Assembly: GCA_963663965.2 (NCBI GenBank)
Contig: CAXXFK010000032.1
Span: 108,192 to 172,191, forward strand
Length of the DNA stretch: 64,000 nucleotides
Reading direction: 5' to 3'
From: Sedimentisphaerales bacterium
GTDB taxonomy: Bacteria; Planctomycetota; Phycisphaerae; Sedimentisphaerales; SM23-30
Part shown: positions 23,086 through 33,683 of the stretch, piece after piece
Position numbering within the stretch: the first letter of the stretch is position 1
How the letters are laid out: each line of letters begins with the position of its first letter
Program-made: the position numbers and the translations under genes
Notes under the pieces: generated by a model
Databases searched by the model: none
What the model was told of the DNA's origin: nothing
Seen by the model: only the letters and a program-made list of their open reading frames with translations

Positions 23086-23571
23086 ATGCGTCATTCTTCA
23101 ACATTGTTCCCAATTCTCATATTATATCTTATTGTCATCATGGGTTGTTCTGCCCCGGACTCCGATAAGACTGTCGAAAATCGCCTTAAACGTGATAATG
23201 ATCTTTGGGTACAACGCCAGATCGAAGAGGATGGTTTATCGGTGACCCTGTGGAAAAAAGATTTCTCAGAACCGGAAAAAGGACAGGATAAGATTGACAA
23301 TCAAATCAAACTTATTTCTTTGCTGGAATCAAACCTGGATTCCAATCGACAAAAATTAATTGAATGGGAAATACAATCTCCTCCTGATAAGGCGATGATC
23401 GAACACTATCGCCGGCTGGTTCGCAGCCAGGAGATCCAACTGGCGCGCGAACGGTCAAAATTGGCGGAATTACAGGGAAAACAATCGGTATTCGATTCTT
23501 CTTATAATCATTCCGGTTCCGACTGGTTTGATCAGCATGCGAATGAAGACAACCGGGATTCCCGCCGCTGA
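23086..23571 (+). CDS. hypothetical coiled-coil lipoprotein
   Basis: AGGAGG RBS; IMGC lipobox; upstream TTGACT-N16-TATCAT at 22995-23022. Confidence 0.65.
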   Translation: MRHSSTLFPILILYLIVIMGCSAPDSDKTVENRLKRDNDLWVQRQIEEDGLSVTLWKKDFSEPEKGQDKIDNQIKLISLLESNLDSNRQKLIEWEIQSPPDKAMIEHYRRLVRSQEIQLARERSKLAELQGKQSVFDSSYNHSGSDWFDQHANEDNRDSRR

Positions 23572-23599
23572 GGCCTTGCCCTGATTATTGAAATACCAG

Positions 23600-24103
23600 T
23601 CACCGGTTGATAACCTGTACCTGATTAAGCCTGATCCTGCCGTTGTCAAATGTCACTTGAGTGACCAGGCCCTGGGCCACACCCGGATCTTTGGGACATT
23701 TCAACTCAAAGCGATAACATTGGGTAGTTCGGTCCCAAAGGGCTTGATTGGCTGATACGGCGCTCAAATCAAACAGTTGAACACCCTCAGATTCATATCG
23801 TTGCGCGTTTCGAACATCATTGTTGATACCGGATTTATAACGGTATAATTCAAAGCGGAATTGCCCCAGGGCTTTTATGGAATCTCCAAACGCATCCCGA
23901 ATCTGCACATAAACCAGCAATTTCAATTCCTCTGTCGATTGCGACCCACCCTCATTTTTCACGATTCGGCTAAAAGAATTCTGAATGATCGCCTCTGCCG
24001 GCCAGATGCAGTCAGCGCCTTTAACCGGAGGTTTGTTTGACCGTGATGGGCATCCCATCAATCCTGTCATCAAAATAAACAATAGTGCCATCCGACTATA
24101 CAT
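23600..24103 (-). CDS. hypothetical lipoprotein
   Basis: LMGC lipobox; overlaps the ribBA stop (translational coupling). Confidence 0.65.
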   Translation of the reverse strand: MYSRMALLFILMTGLMGCPSRSNKPPVKGADCIWPAEAIIQNSFSRIVKNEGGSQSTEELKLLVYVQIRDAFGDSIKALGQFRFELYRYKSGINNDVRNAQRYESEGVQLFDLSAVSANQALWDRTTQCYRFELKCPKDPGVAQGLVTQVTFDNGRIRLNQVQVINR

Positions 24104-25328
24104 GACGCAGATTATGCCCCATTTTGGTTCGCTTGGTTTTCATATAACGCCGGTTGTTATCATTGGGCTCTATTTCGATGGGAACCTGTTCCTCAATCGC
24201 AATGCCATAGACGCTTAATCGCTCCGTTTTAACCGGATTATTTGTCAACAAACGAATCCGCCGTATTCCCAGGTCGCGGCAAATCTGCGCGCCAAGTCCA
24301 TAATCCCGTTTGTCGGCATCATATCCCAGCCATTCATTGGCTTGCACCGTATCCATGCCGATGTCCTGCAAACGATACGCGCGCAGTTTGGCGGCCAGTC
24401 CGATACCGCGCCCTTCCTGACGCAAATAGATTATTGCCCCAAGTCCTTCTTTCTCGATTTGCCGCATCGCCTCATGCAACTGGCTGCCGCAATCGCAACG
24501 TCTTGAGTGAAACACATCGCCAGTCAGGCATTCACTGTGAACCCGGACCAGCACGGTTTGGTCCGTTTCAATCACTTTCCCATCTGGTCCAATCCGCCCG
24601 ATATCTCCTTTACAAAGCGCCAGATGCGTTTTATCGTCCACCATGCTGTCATAACTGATGAGTTTAAATATGCCGCAATCGGTTGGCAAGTCCACGATAT
24701 CCGTTCGTTGCACCAGTAGTTCCCGGCGCAAGCGATATTCAATCAGATCGGCTATGGTAGCTATCTTTAAATCATGTTCTTTGCAAAATTCAATCAATTC
24801 AGGCACTCTGGCCATCGTGCCATCGTCATTCATAATTTCACAAATCACACCCGCCGGTTTCAATCCAGCCAGGCGCGCCAGATCGACAGCGCCTTCCGTT
24901 TGGCCGGCCCTTACTAATACCCCACCATCTCTGGCGCGCAATGGGAACATATGGCCGGGACGAACCAAGTCACTTGGCGTACAATCCTCTTGCATGCATT
25001 GCAGGATTGTTCTGGCACGATCTGCTGCCGATATGCCCGTGCTGGTTCCTTCACGGGCATCGATCGTGACAGTAAAAGCGGTTTGTAACAACGCAGTATT
25101 ATTCACAGCCTGTGCGTATAAATTCAGCTCATCACAACGCTGCTCGGTCATGGGCAGGCAGATCATCCCCCGGCCAAAACGGGCCATAAAATTAATGATT
25201 TCCGGCGTTACCTTCTCTGCGGCACAAACCAGATCCCCTTCGTTCTCTCGGTCCTCAGCGTCAACCAGAACGACCATTTTCCCTTCTTGAATATCTTCAA
25301 TCACTTCTTCTATTGAATTAAAACTCAT
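24096..25328 (-). CDS. ribBA: bifunctional DHBP synthase / GTP cyclohydrolase II
   Basis: [46 protein letters not shown]. Confidence 0.97.
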   Translation of the reverse strand: MSFNSIEEVIEDIQEGKMVVLVDAEDRENEGDLVCAAEKVTPEIINFMARFGRGMICLPMTEQRCDELNLYAQAVNNTALLQTAFTVTIDAREGTSTGISAADRARTILQCMQEDCTPSDLVRPGHMFPLRARDGGVLVRAGQTEGAVDLARLAGLKPAGVICEIMNDDGTMARVPELIEFCKEHDLKIATIADLIEYRLRRELLVQRTDIVDLPTDCGIFKLISYDSMVDDKTHLALCKGDIGRIGPDGKVIETDQTVLVRVHSECLTGDVFHSRRCDCGSQLHEAMRQIEKEGLGAIIYLRQEGRGIGLAAKLRAYRLQDIGMDTVQANEWLGYDADKRDYGLGAQICRDLGIRRIRLLTNNPVKTERLSVYGIAIEEQVPIEIEPNDNNRRYMKTKRTKMGHNLRHV

Positions 25329-26032
25329 TTTCTATTGACACCTTCTATGTCTCTTGCCTTCAGCATCCGGTTACAACTTCAAGCCACCTAACTGGTTATT
25401 ATTATGCGTCTTAACCATATAACGTTATATCGTAGCCAATTATTATAGCAAATCCGCCAGCCAAAATAAAACCTTATTTAATAGACTGCCATAAAAGCAA
25501 ATTAGCACCTCCATCTAGCTTTACTTCGGTTTGAAATCCAGTTATACCCAATGGGTATGATAATTCCCGATCGCTCGCAAGATAAGTTTTTACTCGTGTA
25601 GAACTTATATCACGGTCCAGTGGGCTTTTCAATGGTAAGCAGTTTTATTACTCCATAGGTCACCTCCAGTCGCCTGAGATACCCATCAACATACGATTAT
25701 CTGAAATGGAAAAAATCCAGATAAAATGATCCCAAACCTTTTCCTATCAGGTTCCGGTTATTGGAACTTTTTATGTCCCGCATGAAATCCAACTCCCCAA
25801 GTCTCTGTATATCAATATGATACACAATATTACCCCAAAAGGATAATGGGCAATAGGACGGTATATTAAACAGTTATTTTATTAACAAAATGACAAATGC
25901 CTGATTTCAAAATTAAAAATAGCCGCTGACCAATCGGACTCCATTAACCTAAAATAAAATGCCCCTTGACTTTACGATTTCAAGAGGTTTAATGGTATTC
26001 CTTATTATTTAACTAAACACAGGAGATTTTTT

Positions 26033-26812
26033 ATGCAAATCAAGAAAAGTTTACTTAGTCTTTGTGGCTTACTTTTTGTAGGCGGATTGATCGCTGCCAC
26101 CCAGTCCTGGCCGGTTCATTCCATGGAACGCCCAAATCCGACTCCCATCACCCCCGGAAACGAAGTTGGCGCCGCTCCTTCTGATGCCATCGTATTATTC
26201 GATGGATCTGATCTTTCCAAATGGGCCAGCACCAAAGCCAACGAAGATGCGGCCACCTGGAAAGTGGAAAATGGCTATTTTGAAGCCGTCCCCAAAGCCG
26301 GCAGCATAACAACACGTGACAGTTTTGGCAGTTGCCAGCTTCATATCGAATGGCGTACCCCTACGGCAGCTGAAATGACTGGTAAGACCGGACAAAACCG
26401 GGGCAACAGCGGCGTTTTTCTAATGAGCACCTACGAGATACAAGTGCTCGATTCCTATACTGAGGATAATTATAAAGACAACAAAACTTATGCCGATGGC
26501 CAGGCCGCTTCGGTTTACGGTCAGAATCCGCCCCTGGTGAATGCCTGCCGAAAGCCCGGACAATGGCAAACTTATGATATCGTTTTCCATCGCCCCATCT
26601 TTGATGGTAACGGCGCCGTTACCCGCCCTGCTACTGTGACAGTCTTCCAGAATGGTGTTCTGGTTCAGGATCATTTTGAGATAACTGGCGCTACTGCCCA
26701 TAAACAAGAGGCCACGTATCATTCCCATCCGGATAAACTGCCGATTCAACTTCAGGATCATGGCCAGCCTACCCGTTTCCGTAACATCTGGATTAGACCC
26801 CTGGCGGATTGA
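26033..26812 (+). CDS. DUF1080 (3-keto-glycoside hydrolase family) secreted protein
   Basis: APSDAIVLFDG, LHIEW, GNSGV, YEIQVLD, LQDHG..RFRNIWIR. Confidence 0.9.
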   Translation: MQIKKSLLSLCGLLFVGGLIAATQSWPVHSMERPNPTPITPGNEVGAAPSDAIVLFDGSDLSKWASTKANEDAATWKVENGYFEAVPKAGSITTRDSFGSCQLHIEWRTPTAAEMTGKTGQNRGNSGVFLMSTYEIQVLDSYTEDNYKDNKTYADGQAASVYGQNPPLVNACRKPGQWQTYDIVFHRPIFDGNGAVTRPATVTVFQNGVLVQDHFEITGATAHKQEATYHSHPDKLPIQLQDHGQPTRFRNIWIRPLAD

Positions 26813-26892
26813 AACCCTGATCCAATGTAAATACCCGATTAGATAGCCAGAGAATTCAGACCTTCTCTCTTGCTATAAAAATTAGTCAGACC

Positions 26893-26923
26893 AATTCAGG
26901 GCACGGTTCGCGTGCCCTGAATT
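26893..26923 (+). terminator. hairpin downstream of the DUF1080 gene
   Basis: AATTCAGGGCACG-GTTCG-CGTGCCCTGAATT followed by TT. Confidence 0.55.
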
Positions 26924-26956
26924 TTATCCCTCAAAATAGAAAGTGAGTACTTCATC

Positions 26957-28054
26957 ATGAAAGTTCCGTTGCTCGACTTGACATGCCAGTATAAATCTCT
27001 CCAATCCCAGATTGAACCGGCGGTTATGGCGCTGATGGAAAGCCAGTTATTCGTGTTGGGTAAACCCGTTTCCGAACTGGAAAAGAACCTGGCAAAATAC
27101 CATCACTGCAACGCTGCCGTGGGTATGAGCAGCGGAACGGATGCCCTGATCGCCTCTTTGATGGCTTTCGATATCGGCCCTGGTGATGAAGTCATTGTCC
27201 CCACCTTCACTTTCTTCGCCACCGCCGGCTGCGTCCATCGGGTTGGAGCGACACCTGTTTTTGTTGATATTGATGCCGACACGTTCAATATGGATCTGGC
27301 GGCCTTCGAAGCGGCCATTAACTCCCGCACCAAAGCCGTCATCCCGGTTCACCTTTTCGGCCAGATGGCGCCCATGGCTGATATCATGGCGATCGCCCGT
27401 AAACACAATATCAAAGTGATCGAAGATTCCTGTCAATCGATCGGCAGTGTCCAGAATGGAAACTATACCGGGCAACTGGGCGATTGCGCCTGCCTGAGCT
27501 TCTACCCCAGCAAAAACCTGGCGGGTTTTGGCGACGGCGGCATGGTGCTTTGTAATGACGAAGCTTATGCCCAGAAACTCCGCTATATCCGCATGCACGG
27601 CGAAGACAAACGCTATTATCACAGTATGATTGGCGGCAACTTCCGGTTGGATGCCCTCCAGGCCCTCGTACTCGACATTAAATTACCGCACCTGGATAAG
27701 TGGGTAGAACTTAGAAAAAGACACGCAGCCATTTATGATCAAATGCTCTGCCAGGAGGTCACTACCCCTGTCATTATGCCGGGCAATACCAGCGTTTATA
27801 ATCAATACGTAATACGTGCGCCTCGGCGTGATGAATTGCAGATGCACCTCGCCGAAAACGAAATCGGCTCAGGGGTTTATTATCCTGTGCCGCTCCACCT
27901 GCAGGAATGTTTCAAGCATCTGAATGGCAAACCGGGTGATTGCCCCATCGCCGAAAGAGCCTGTCTCGAAGTGCTCGCCCTGCCGGTCTATCCCGAACTG
28001 GCCGATGAACAAATTGAATATGTTGCCGAAACGATCAACCGATTCTATCAATAA
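26957..28054 (+). CDS. DegT/DnrJ/EryC1/StrS PLP-dependent sugar aminotransferase
   Basis: SGTDAL, PVHLFGQ, IEDSCQ, SFYPSKNL (PLP Lys), NFRLDALQA. Confidence 0.95.
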   Translation: MKVPLLDLTCQYKSLQSQIEPAVMALMESQLFVLGKPVSELEKNLAKYHHCNAAVGMSSGTDALIASLMAFDIGPGDEVIVPTFTFFATAGCVHRVGATPVFVDIDADTFNMDLAAFEAAINSRTKAVIPVHLFGQMAPMADIMAIARKHNIKVIEDSCQSIGSVQNGNYTGQLGDCACLSFYPSKNLAGFGDGGMVLCNDEAYAQKLRYIRMHGEDKRYYHSMIGGNFRLDALQALVLDIKLPHLDKWVELRKRHAAIYDQMLCQEVTTPVIMPGNTSVYNQYVIRAPRRDELQMHLAENEIGSGVYYPVPLHLQECFKHLNGKPGDCPIAERACLEVLALPVYPELADEQIEYVAETINRFYQ

Positions 28055-28196
28055 ATGTAAATTAATTGTAATTCGCAATGAATGGATTTGAATGGCCGTT
28101 TTGCCTGTCAGACAGCGTGTCCTTTTATAAAAAAGGCAAAATACATTGAATTCCGATAATTCGTTTATCTATTTTGCCTGTTACGGTTGATCAGGA

Positions 28197-29471
28197 ATGA
28201 GCGATACCAATCCATATTCACAACCGGCTCCTGCGCGTTTGCATCATAACGCCGCATGGGCAATTGTCGGAAATGTCTTCTATACTCTCGGACGAGTAGC
28301 CGTAATCAGCCTCTTGGCCAAAGCCTGGCCTTCCGATCAGGTCGGCGAGGTTATTTTTGCGTTATCGGTGGTCACCCCATTATCATTCCTGATCAACATG
28401 GAAATCCGCTCTGTCTATGTCACCGATGCCGCGCATACCATCCAGCCGGGTTTGTGCCTGCACACCCGCCTGCTTACGAATTCGTTCTTTATCATCGTAT
28501 TAATCCTCCTGAGTGCCTTTTTCTTCTTTCACGACGGCATTTTTACTGCAACAATTATCATGATGTGCGGTCTGTTGCGTATCATGGATTCCTGGGCCGA
28601 TATCTACCTGGGAGTCATGCAGAAAAACGAACAGATGCGTTTCTGGTCCTGGTCACAAATTATGAAGACCTCTCTGGTGGTAATCTGGGTATGCCTCATG
28701 TGGGTATGGAAGGTCTCGATTCTCTTCCTGCCGGTTGGCTGGACCGTATGCACCGCGGTCATAATCTGGTTTTATGACCGCCCCACTGCCGCACGGCTGG
28801 CCAACCTGAGCCTGATAAGCCATCGACAGCAGATCAAGCAATTGCTGAGGAAGGCGCTGCCGCTGGGAATCTTTGTTACGACGACCAGTCTCAATATTTC
28901 CATCGCCCCGATTATTATCAATAAACACCTCGACAAGAGCCAGGTAGCCTACTATGGCGCCATGATGATGTTTATCAGCGGCATGTGTGCTATCCAGAAC
29001 GGTTTGAACCATTCGATTTTACCCCGCCTGGCTGGCTATTTTCAAAATCAACGGTTCAAATTCTGGCAGCTGCTGGGAATTGTCATTGCCTTATCCTGGG
29101 CCGCTTTGGCTCTGGTGATTGTAAGCGTCTGGTGGCGGGGCGAATGGATTCTGAAGGTCTTTTTCAAGGCCGAATATGCCCAGCAAGCCGACATTTTTTT
29201 ATTAATCATTATAGGAGGATGGCTGATTCTTACCAGTATGATCCTTGGGGATGCGATCATCGCCGCCCATCGCTATCAGAGTCGAATGATTGCGGTGATT
29301 CTCGGCTTACTGATCAATACCCTGATCTGCTGGTTCGGCATCCCCAGCCATGGACTTTATGCCGCCGCCTGGGCCGGCATTGCCTCACCGGCTGCGGTCA
29401 GCATTTACTGCCTCACAGTGCTTATCATAACGAGTCTGGATAAGTCCGCTATTCATACACGCCCGGTTTAA
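28197..29471 (+). CDS. Wzx-like oligosaccharide flippase
   Basis: About 12 TM segments; N-terminal NAAWAIVGN pattern of PST exporters. Confidence 0.75.
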   Translation: MSDTNPYSQPAPARLHHNAAWAIVGNVFYTLGRVAVISLLAKAWPSDQVGEVIFALSVVTPLSFLINMEIRSVYVTDAAHTIQPGLCLHTRLLTNSFFIIVLILLSAFFFFHDGIFTATIIMMCGLLRIMDSWADIYLGVMQKNEQMRFWSWSQIMKTSLVVIWVCLMWVWKVSILFLPVGWTVCTAVIIWFYDRPTAARLANLSLISHRQQIKQLLRKALPLGIFVTTTSLNISIAPIIINKHLDKSQVAYYGAMMMFISGMCAIQNGLNHSILPRLAGYFQNQRFKFWQLLGIVIALSWAALALVIVSVWWRGEWILKVFFKAEYAQQADIFLLIIIGGWLILTSMILGDAIIAAHRYQSRMIAVILGLLINTLICWFGIPSHGLYAAAWAGIASPAAVSIYCLTVLIITSLDKSAIHTRPV

Positions 29472-31758
29472 CCGGCATCGCCATGGCGCCATTTGGCAAT
29501 AAGGTCATTAATTTCTCTAAGGTGCTGGGTACCTTTTCCTGTTTATCCAGTTCATTCGCAAAAGTCACAACATTATTCGACATACTCCGATAAAGTTCGC
29601 CGCAATGGATCGCTCGATTGCCCCCGATAAAATTCTGGTCGGCCGGCTCACCCATTAAAAATTTAAGCATGGGATAACGACGTTGCCACTCCTCGCTTTG
29701 CCAGGGCGTGGTTTTCATATTATTTGAAATCGCCGAATGATTCGCCAGCATATCCAGCCACCGTTTCTGACCCCAGCCGCTATGGCTGAACATCAGCGGG
29801 CAGTCGACAAACAGATTGTTCTCAACAAAACTATGTTTTCCTCCGTGAATCTGCACGCCGCCAAAACGGCCACCCCCGACTCTTTCAAAAATATTATCAT
29901 TAATCATGAATCCGCTGATCGCGTCATCCAGACGCACCCCCGCCACCATACCATGTCGCCCTTTAATGTCATGAAACCAGTTCCGCCGGATGACATTGCC
30001 TCTCAATACCGGATTTCCCCAGGTATCGAACACCCCCTGGTCATCCGATTCGCTCACGCAATCAAAAAACTCATTGAGTTCAAACACCGATTCACTGCAT
30101 CCAACCCGAATCGCACTGCTGGGAATCTCGCTGAACCGGTTATGCCGGACGCGCAAGCCCATACCATTCGCTACCAGCGCCGGGGTATAGGTCCGGTCAA
30201 TCCGTGAGAGGTCTCTAATCTGACAATTTTCTATAATTGTCCCGGAGGGAATCAGCTTTTGCCAGTCACCACTATTCACGACCATCCCGCCACGCCCCAT
30301 ATGCTCAATTTCGACCGAATGCAGCAGATGACCTGATCCGCCATTAATAATCACGCCATCACCGCTGGCTGCCCGAATGGTACAATTCACCATTGTGATA
30401 TGATCGCAATCATTGAATATGATGCCATCTCCCCGAATATACTCTAAGTCTAAATCGCAAACAGTTAGATAATGACATTGCTTGGCCGTCATAACCGGAC
30501 CAAACGCACTCAAAACACAAGCATCTCGATCGAATCCATCCGGTGGCAGCAGCCGGATAACCTGATTCGCAATATCCAGATGATATTCACCCGGCTGATC
30601 GATTTCTGACAATGCGTTGAGCGCGTGCCATTGACTGTCTTTAAATCCGTAATTATTCAACGGGGGTTCCAGTTCGATCTTTCTAGCAGCCTTATCAATT
30701 CTCTTCACTTTCTCATACGCGTCCGCCCACTGATAGCACCAATAACCATGTAACCACAGATCTGTCTCATCCGCCCAGCGTAATGGGCGATCATCACTGA
30801 ATCCATCCAAAGCCAGTCCAACATCCCCCTCATTGGGCCAGCGCGCCATCATTTGCGCCTTTCCCTGATAAAATAACTCGGGAACTCGTAAATTGGAGGT
30901 CCCCTCAATCCCGTGCTCGCGTCGCTGGCTGGAAAAACCACCCAGAACCAGTTCATCGATTTGAGGCAATCCCTGCTCCTTGAGCGAAACCCTGAGAACT
31001 TTACCCCGCACCGATTCCGGCAACCGCTCCAATATGGCAGGATCCGATTCAATCTGCCATCGCGTCAAAGCGATCCCTCCTGATAGAGTAATTCTTCTTT
31101 GAGATGACTCCCCCCGGATAACCAATGGATTCCGCTCCGTGCCACTATCTTCATTAGTCAATTTAATCGTCTGCGGTACTGAAAATTGGTCGCCTTTCAG
31201 AACGATTTCTATGGCCCCTTCAGTAAGCGTATTACTCTTTCGCATGTCTCTGATCCGGTTTAATGCCTCGTCAACCGTAACGAATGGCTTATGCAGGCTG
31301 CCATCTCCTCCCTCTTTCTGATTCATATCAACATAGCACTTCAATGCGGTTTTGGTGCCGGCCACCGGTTTAGGTGTCCGCTGCCAGCTGGCCGGTCGTT
31401 TTCCGGCCAGCAAATCTTGCAACTCTTGAATCCACAACCGGTCGTGTTCCGGTAAATATTCCAGATTCTTCAATTTCCCGATGGCCTCCAGGCACGCTGA
31501 TTTATCTCCGGCCTGATAAGCAGTAATTGCCTCCCGGGTTAATATCAATGGCCGAAACCATTCTGAAATCGCCTGATTACCGGCCAGCGTACGATAGAGA
31601 TGGCTGGCTTCAACAAATTTACCCTCTCTTTCCAATTGAGTGGTCTGCATAAACACCTTTTCTGAATCAGTCATTTCTGACTGCCCCCAGATGGTACCGG
31701 CCCCGATTAAGATAAAAATGCTAGATAGATACCAATGACGGAAGATATAATTTTTCAT
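29449..31758 (-). CDS. secreted right-handed beta-helix protein (GH141-like/lyase-like)
   Basis: Signal peptide; GDGSLHKPF.T, ARWPN, LSEIDQPGEY, ESDDQG, DDAISG motifs. Confidence 0.8.
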   Translation of the reverse strand: MKNYIFRHWYLSSIFILIGAGTIWGQSEMTDSEKVFMQTTQLEREGKFVEASHLYRTLAGNQAISEWFRPLILTREAITAYQAGDKSACLEAIGKLKNLEYLPEHDRLWIQELQDLLAGKRPASWQRTPKPVAGTKTALKCYVDMNQKEGGDGSLHKPFVTVDEALNRIRDMRKSNTLTEGAIEIVLKGDQFSVPQTIKLTNEDSGTERNPLVIRGESSQRRITLSGGIALTRWQIESDPAILERLPESVRGKVLRVSLKEQGLPQIDELVLGGFSSQRREHGIEGTSNLRVPELFYQGKAQMMARWPNEGDVGLALDGFSDDRPLRWADETDLWLHGYWCYQWADAYEKVKRIDKAARKIELEPPLNNYGFKDSQWHALNALSEIDQPGEYHLDIANQVIRLLPPDGFDRDACVLSAFGPVMTAKQCHYLTVCDLDLEYIRGDGIIFNDCDHITMVNCTIRAASGDGVIINGGSGHLLHSVEIEHMGRGGMVVNSGDWQKLIPSGTIIENCQIRDLSRIDRTYTPALVANGMGLRVRHNRFSEIPSSAIRVGCSESVFELNEFFDCVSESDDQGVFDTWGNPVLRGNVIRRNWFHDIKGRHGMVAGVRLDDAISGFMINDNIFERVGGGRFGGVQIHGGKHSFVENNLFVDCPLMFSHSGWGQKRWLDMLANHSAISNNMKTTPWQSEEWQRRYPMLKFLMGEPADQNFIGGNRAIHCGELYRSMSNNVVTFANELDKQEKVPSTLEKLMTLLPNGAMAMPVKPGVYE

Positions 31759-31906
31759 GACTAGCCCTTTCGTTTATATCAATAAACAGACGCTCAATGA
31801 ACAATATTGCAGCTAAGAAATGAAATAATATACCTGAACCGTATCAAATTAGAAAGAAAAACGTAATGCCGGCAAGTTCCCTGCCATCCTCGATCAGACC
31901 AGCCAG

Positions 31907-32152
31907 TTATGCCCTGACATCACAACATTGGCCTAAGCCGGAAACCACCGCCCCCATCGTCAACTCCGGTTGTACGCTTCCTTGTTGTGCCACATCCAAA
32001 GCGCTATCCAATAGTTTCAACGCCATTTCTCCCTGCTGTCGATTGGCATCCAGGCTCTTTTTCGCAATCTTAACCTGAATCTGATTACTGACATTTGCCG
32101 CAGAAAGCTGACTGTTCAGGATGTCGCTGTTTATATTACTGATCGATGACAT
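31907..32152 (-). CDS. yjfB: YjfB-family putative motility protein
   Basis: QIQVKIAKKSLD...QGEMALKLL...GLG...DVRA pattern; sigma28-like promoter upstream. Confidence 0.75.
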   Translation of the reverse strand: MSSISNINSDILNSQLSAANVSNQIQVKIAKKSLDANRQQGEMALKLLDSALDVAQQGSVQPELTMGAVVSGLGQCCDVRA

Positions 32153-32182
32153 AATAACTCTTTGGTTTTCTTTATTAATTAC

Positions 32183-32210
32183 TTATCGGCCATCTCCGCT
32201 ACAAAGTTTA
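32183..32210 (-). promoter_or_regulatory. sigma28 (FliA/SigD)-type promoter
   Basis: TAAA-N16-GCCGATAA on the minus strand, 30 nt before the yjfB start. Confidence 0.7.
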
Positions 32211-32310
32211 ACTTAGAAAATCCAAATATCAACACCCATATAACATGCTGCAATAAAAAGACTTACAAGCACAACCCCCTGTGTTTAGCTATTCTCGATT
32301 AAATTTCCTG

Positions 32311-33609
32311 TTAAAAACTATATCGAACACCTGCATAGACATTGCTGTTATCCTGAAATTGCCCGAAGAAGGTATGCGGCTGGTCCCCGCTGAAAATGTT
32401 CCCCCCGACTTCGTAAGACAGGTGATCGCTCGCCTTATAATTGATATTAGGCCGCAGATACATATCCTGATCGGAGGGTGAATAATATCCGAAAAGACCC
32501 AACCGCAAATTCTGATTGAGCGCCAGTTTGGTCAATCGCAATGTAATTAAGTGCCTGTTCTCATCCCGGGACGGACCACCCGGCCAGAATTCCTGATATT
32601 CACTATAGCTCATCATATGCTCAACATAATACTGAATCCCGCCTGTCAGATCTTTGACGATTTCCTGAGTATAGCCAGCCAGAAAACGCATCTCTGAGTT
32701 ATTGATCATGGGATCCTCGCCATTATCGTCGTCATCACTACGATAATAGCCATATTCCAGATTGCCAATCCCTTTCAGAATATTGCCTCGCACACTGAAG
32801 CCGATCACGGTAAGATCCGGAAAAATGGCCCGCCCCCCGGCATTCATCCCACCCGGGCTCTTCCAGAATCCCTTATAACCATAAACGGCCAGTTCAATAT
32901 TTTCGATATTTCGATACAACCGGACCGCCAGTTCACTGTCGTCAATCCATTCATCCGGTTTGTGAGTTTGTATGACGGCATTCTCACCGGCAATTTCTCC
33001 CATTCCACCATTCCAGTAAGAGATGCGCTCTCCGGTGATATAACGATCGGAATCGAATTGAGGCGTGAAAACAATATCCAGATTTACTGATTCGCTGAAC
33101 AGGCTCACTTTCAAGGCATCCGAGGGCGCCTTGAGATATTCCGTATCGCGGCCGATAAAAAACGACTGCCAGTCCTTGGGAAACATATCGTTAATAAAGA
33201 TCAGATCGCCGGTCCCCCACGTCAGGATTTGCCGGCCAATCCAGAAATCCATAAAATCCGTCGGACGCGCCCCCAAATAAAACTCACGGATATCATAGTC
33301 ACCTTCTTCCATAACGCCATCACCATACAGATCGCCCTTGAACTTGAGATCCGCATCACCCAGGTAAGAAGCCAGATCCAGTTGCAAACGGCTTTCCAGT
33401 AACGAAAAATCCTTTTCATTACGGTCGCTGGTCACCCGATACCCGGCCCGGTTATCCCAGTAACCATGTATGGTTGGAATCAAGTCTTCTACCCAGCCGG
33501 GCAGAGACTGACGACTGGATTCCTCCTGGGTATCATCCTGAGCCTGCAAAGACATGGTAAATAGACTGACTAAAACGAATGCGACTAGGGAGTAACAATA
33601 CTTCTTCAT
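32311..33609 (-). CDS. outer-membrane beta-barrel protein (DUF1302-like)
   Basis: Signal peptide; IGRQILTWGTGD; amphipathic strands; C-terminal YSF. Confidence 0.75.
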   Translation of the reverse strand: MKKYCYSLVAFVLVSLFTMSLQAQDDTQEESSRQSLPGWVEDLIPTIHGYWDNRAGYRVTSDRNEKDFSLLESRLQLDLASYLGDADLKFKGDLYGDGVMEEGDYDIREFYLGARPTDFMDFWIGRQILTWGTGDLIFINDMFPKDWQSFFIGRDTEYLKAPSDALKVSLFSESVNLDIVFTPQFDSDRYITGERISYWNGGMGEIAGENAVIQTHKPDEWIDDSELAVRLYRNIENIELAVYGYKGFWKSPGGMNAGGRAIFPDLTVIGFSVRGNILKGIGNLEYGYYRSDDDDNGEDPMINNSEMRFLAGYTQEIVKDLTGGIQYYVEHMMSYSEYQEFWPGGPSRDENRHLITLRLTKLALNQNLRLGLFGYYSPSDQDMYLRPNINYKASDHLSYEVGGNIFSGDQPHTFFGQFQDNSNVYAGVRYSF

Positions 33610-33683
33610 AAAGCTTCCTCACGCCTGGATGTCTTCTTTTATCTTCAACGAAATGCCTATATTTACCCTGCAAATTTCTGCTA

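Noticed and set aside
25329..26030. FMN riboswitch upstream of ribBA
   Set aside because: No recognisable conserved FMN aptamer motifs; the region is simply AT-rich
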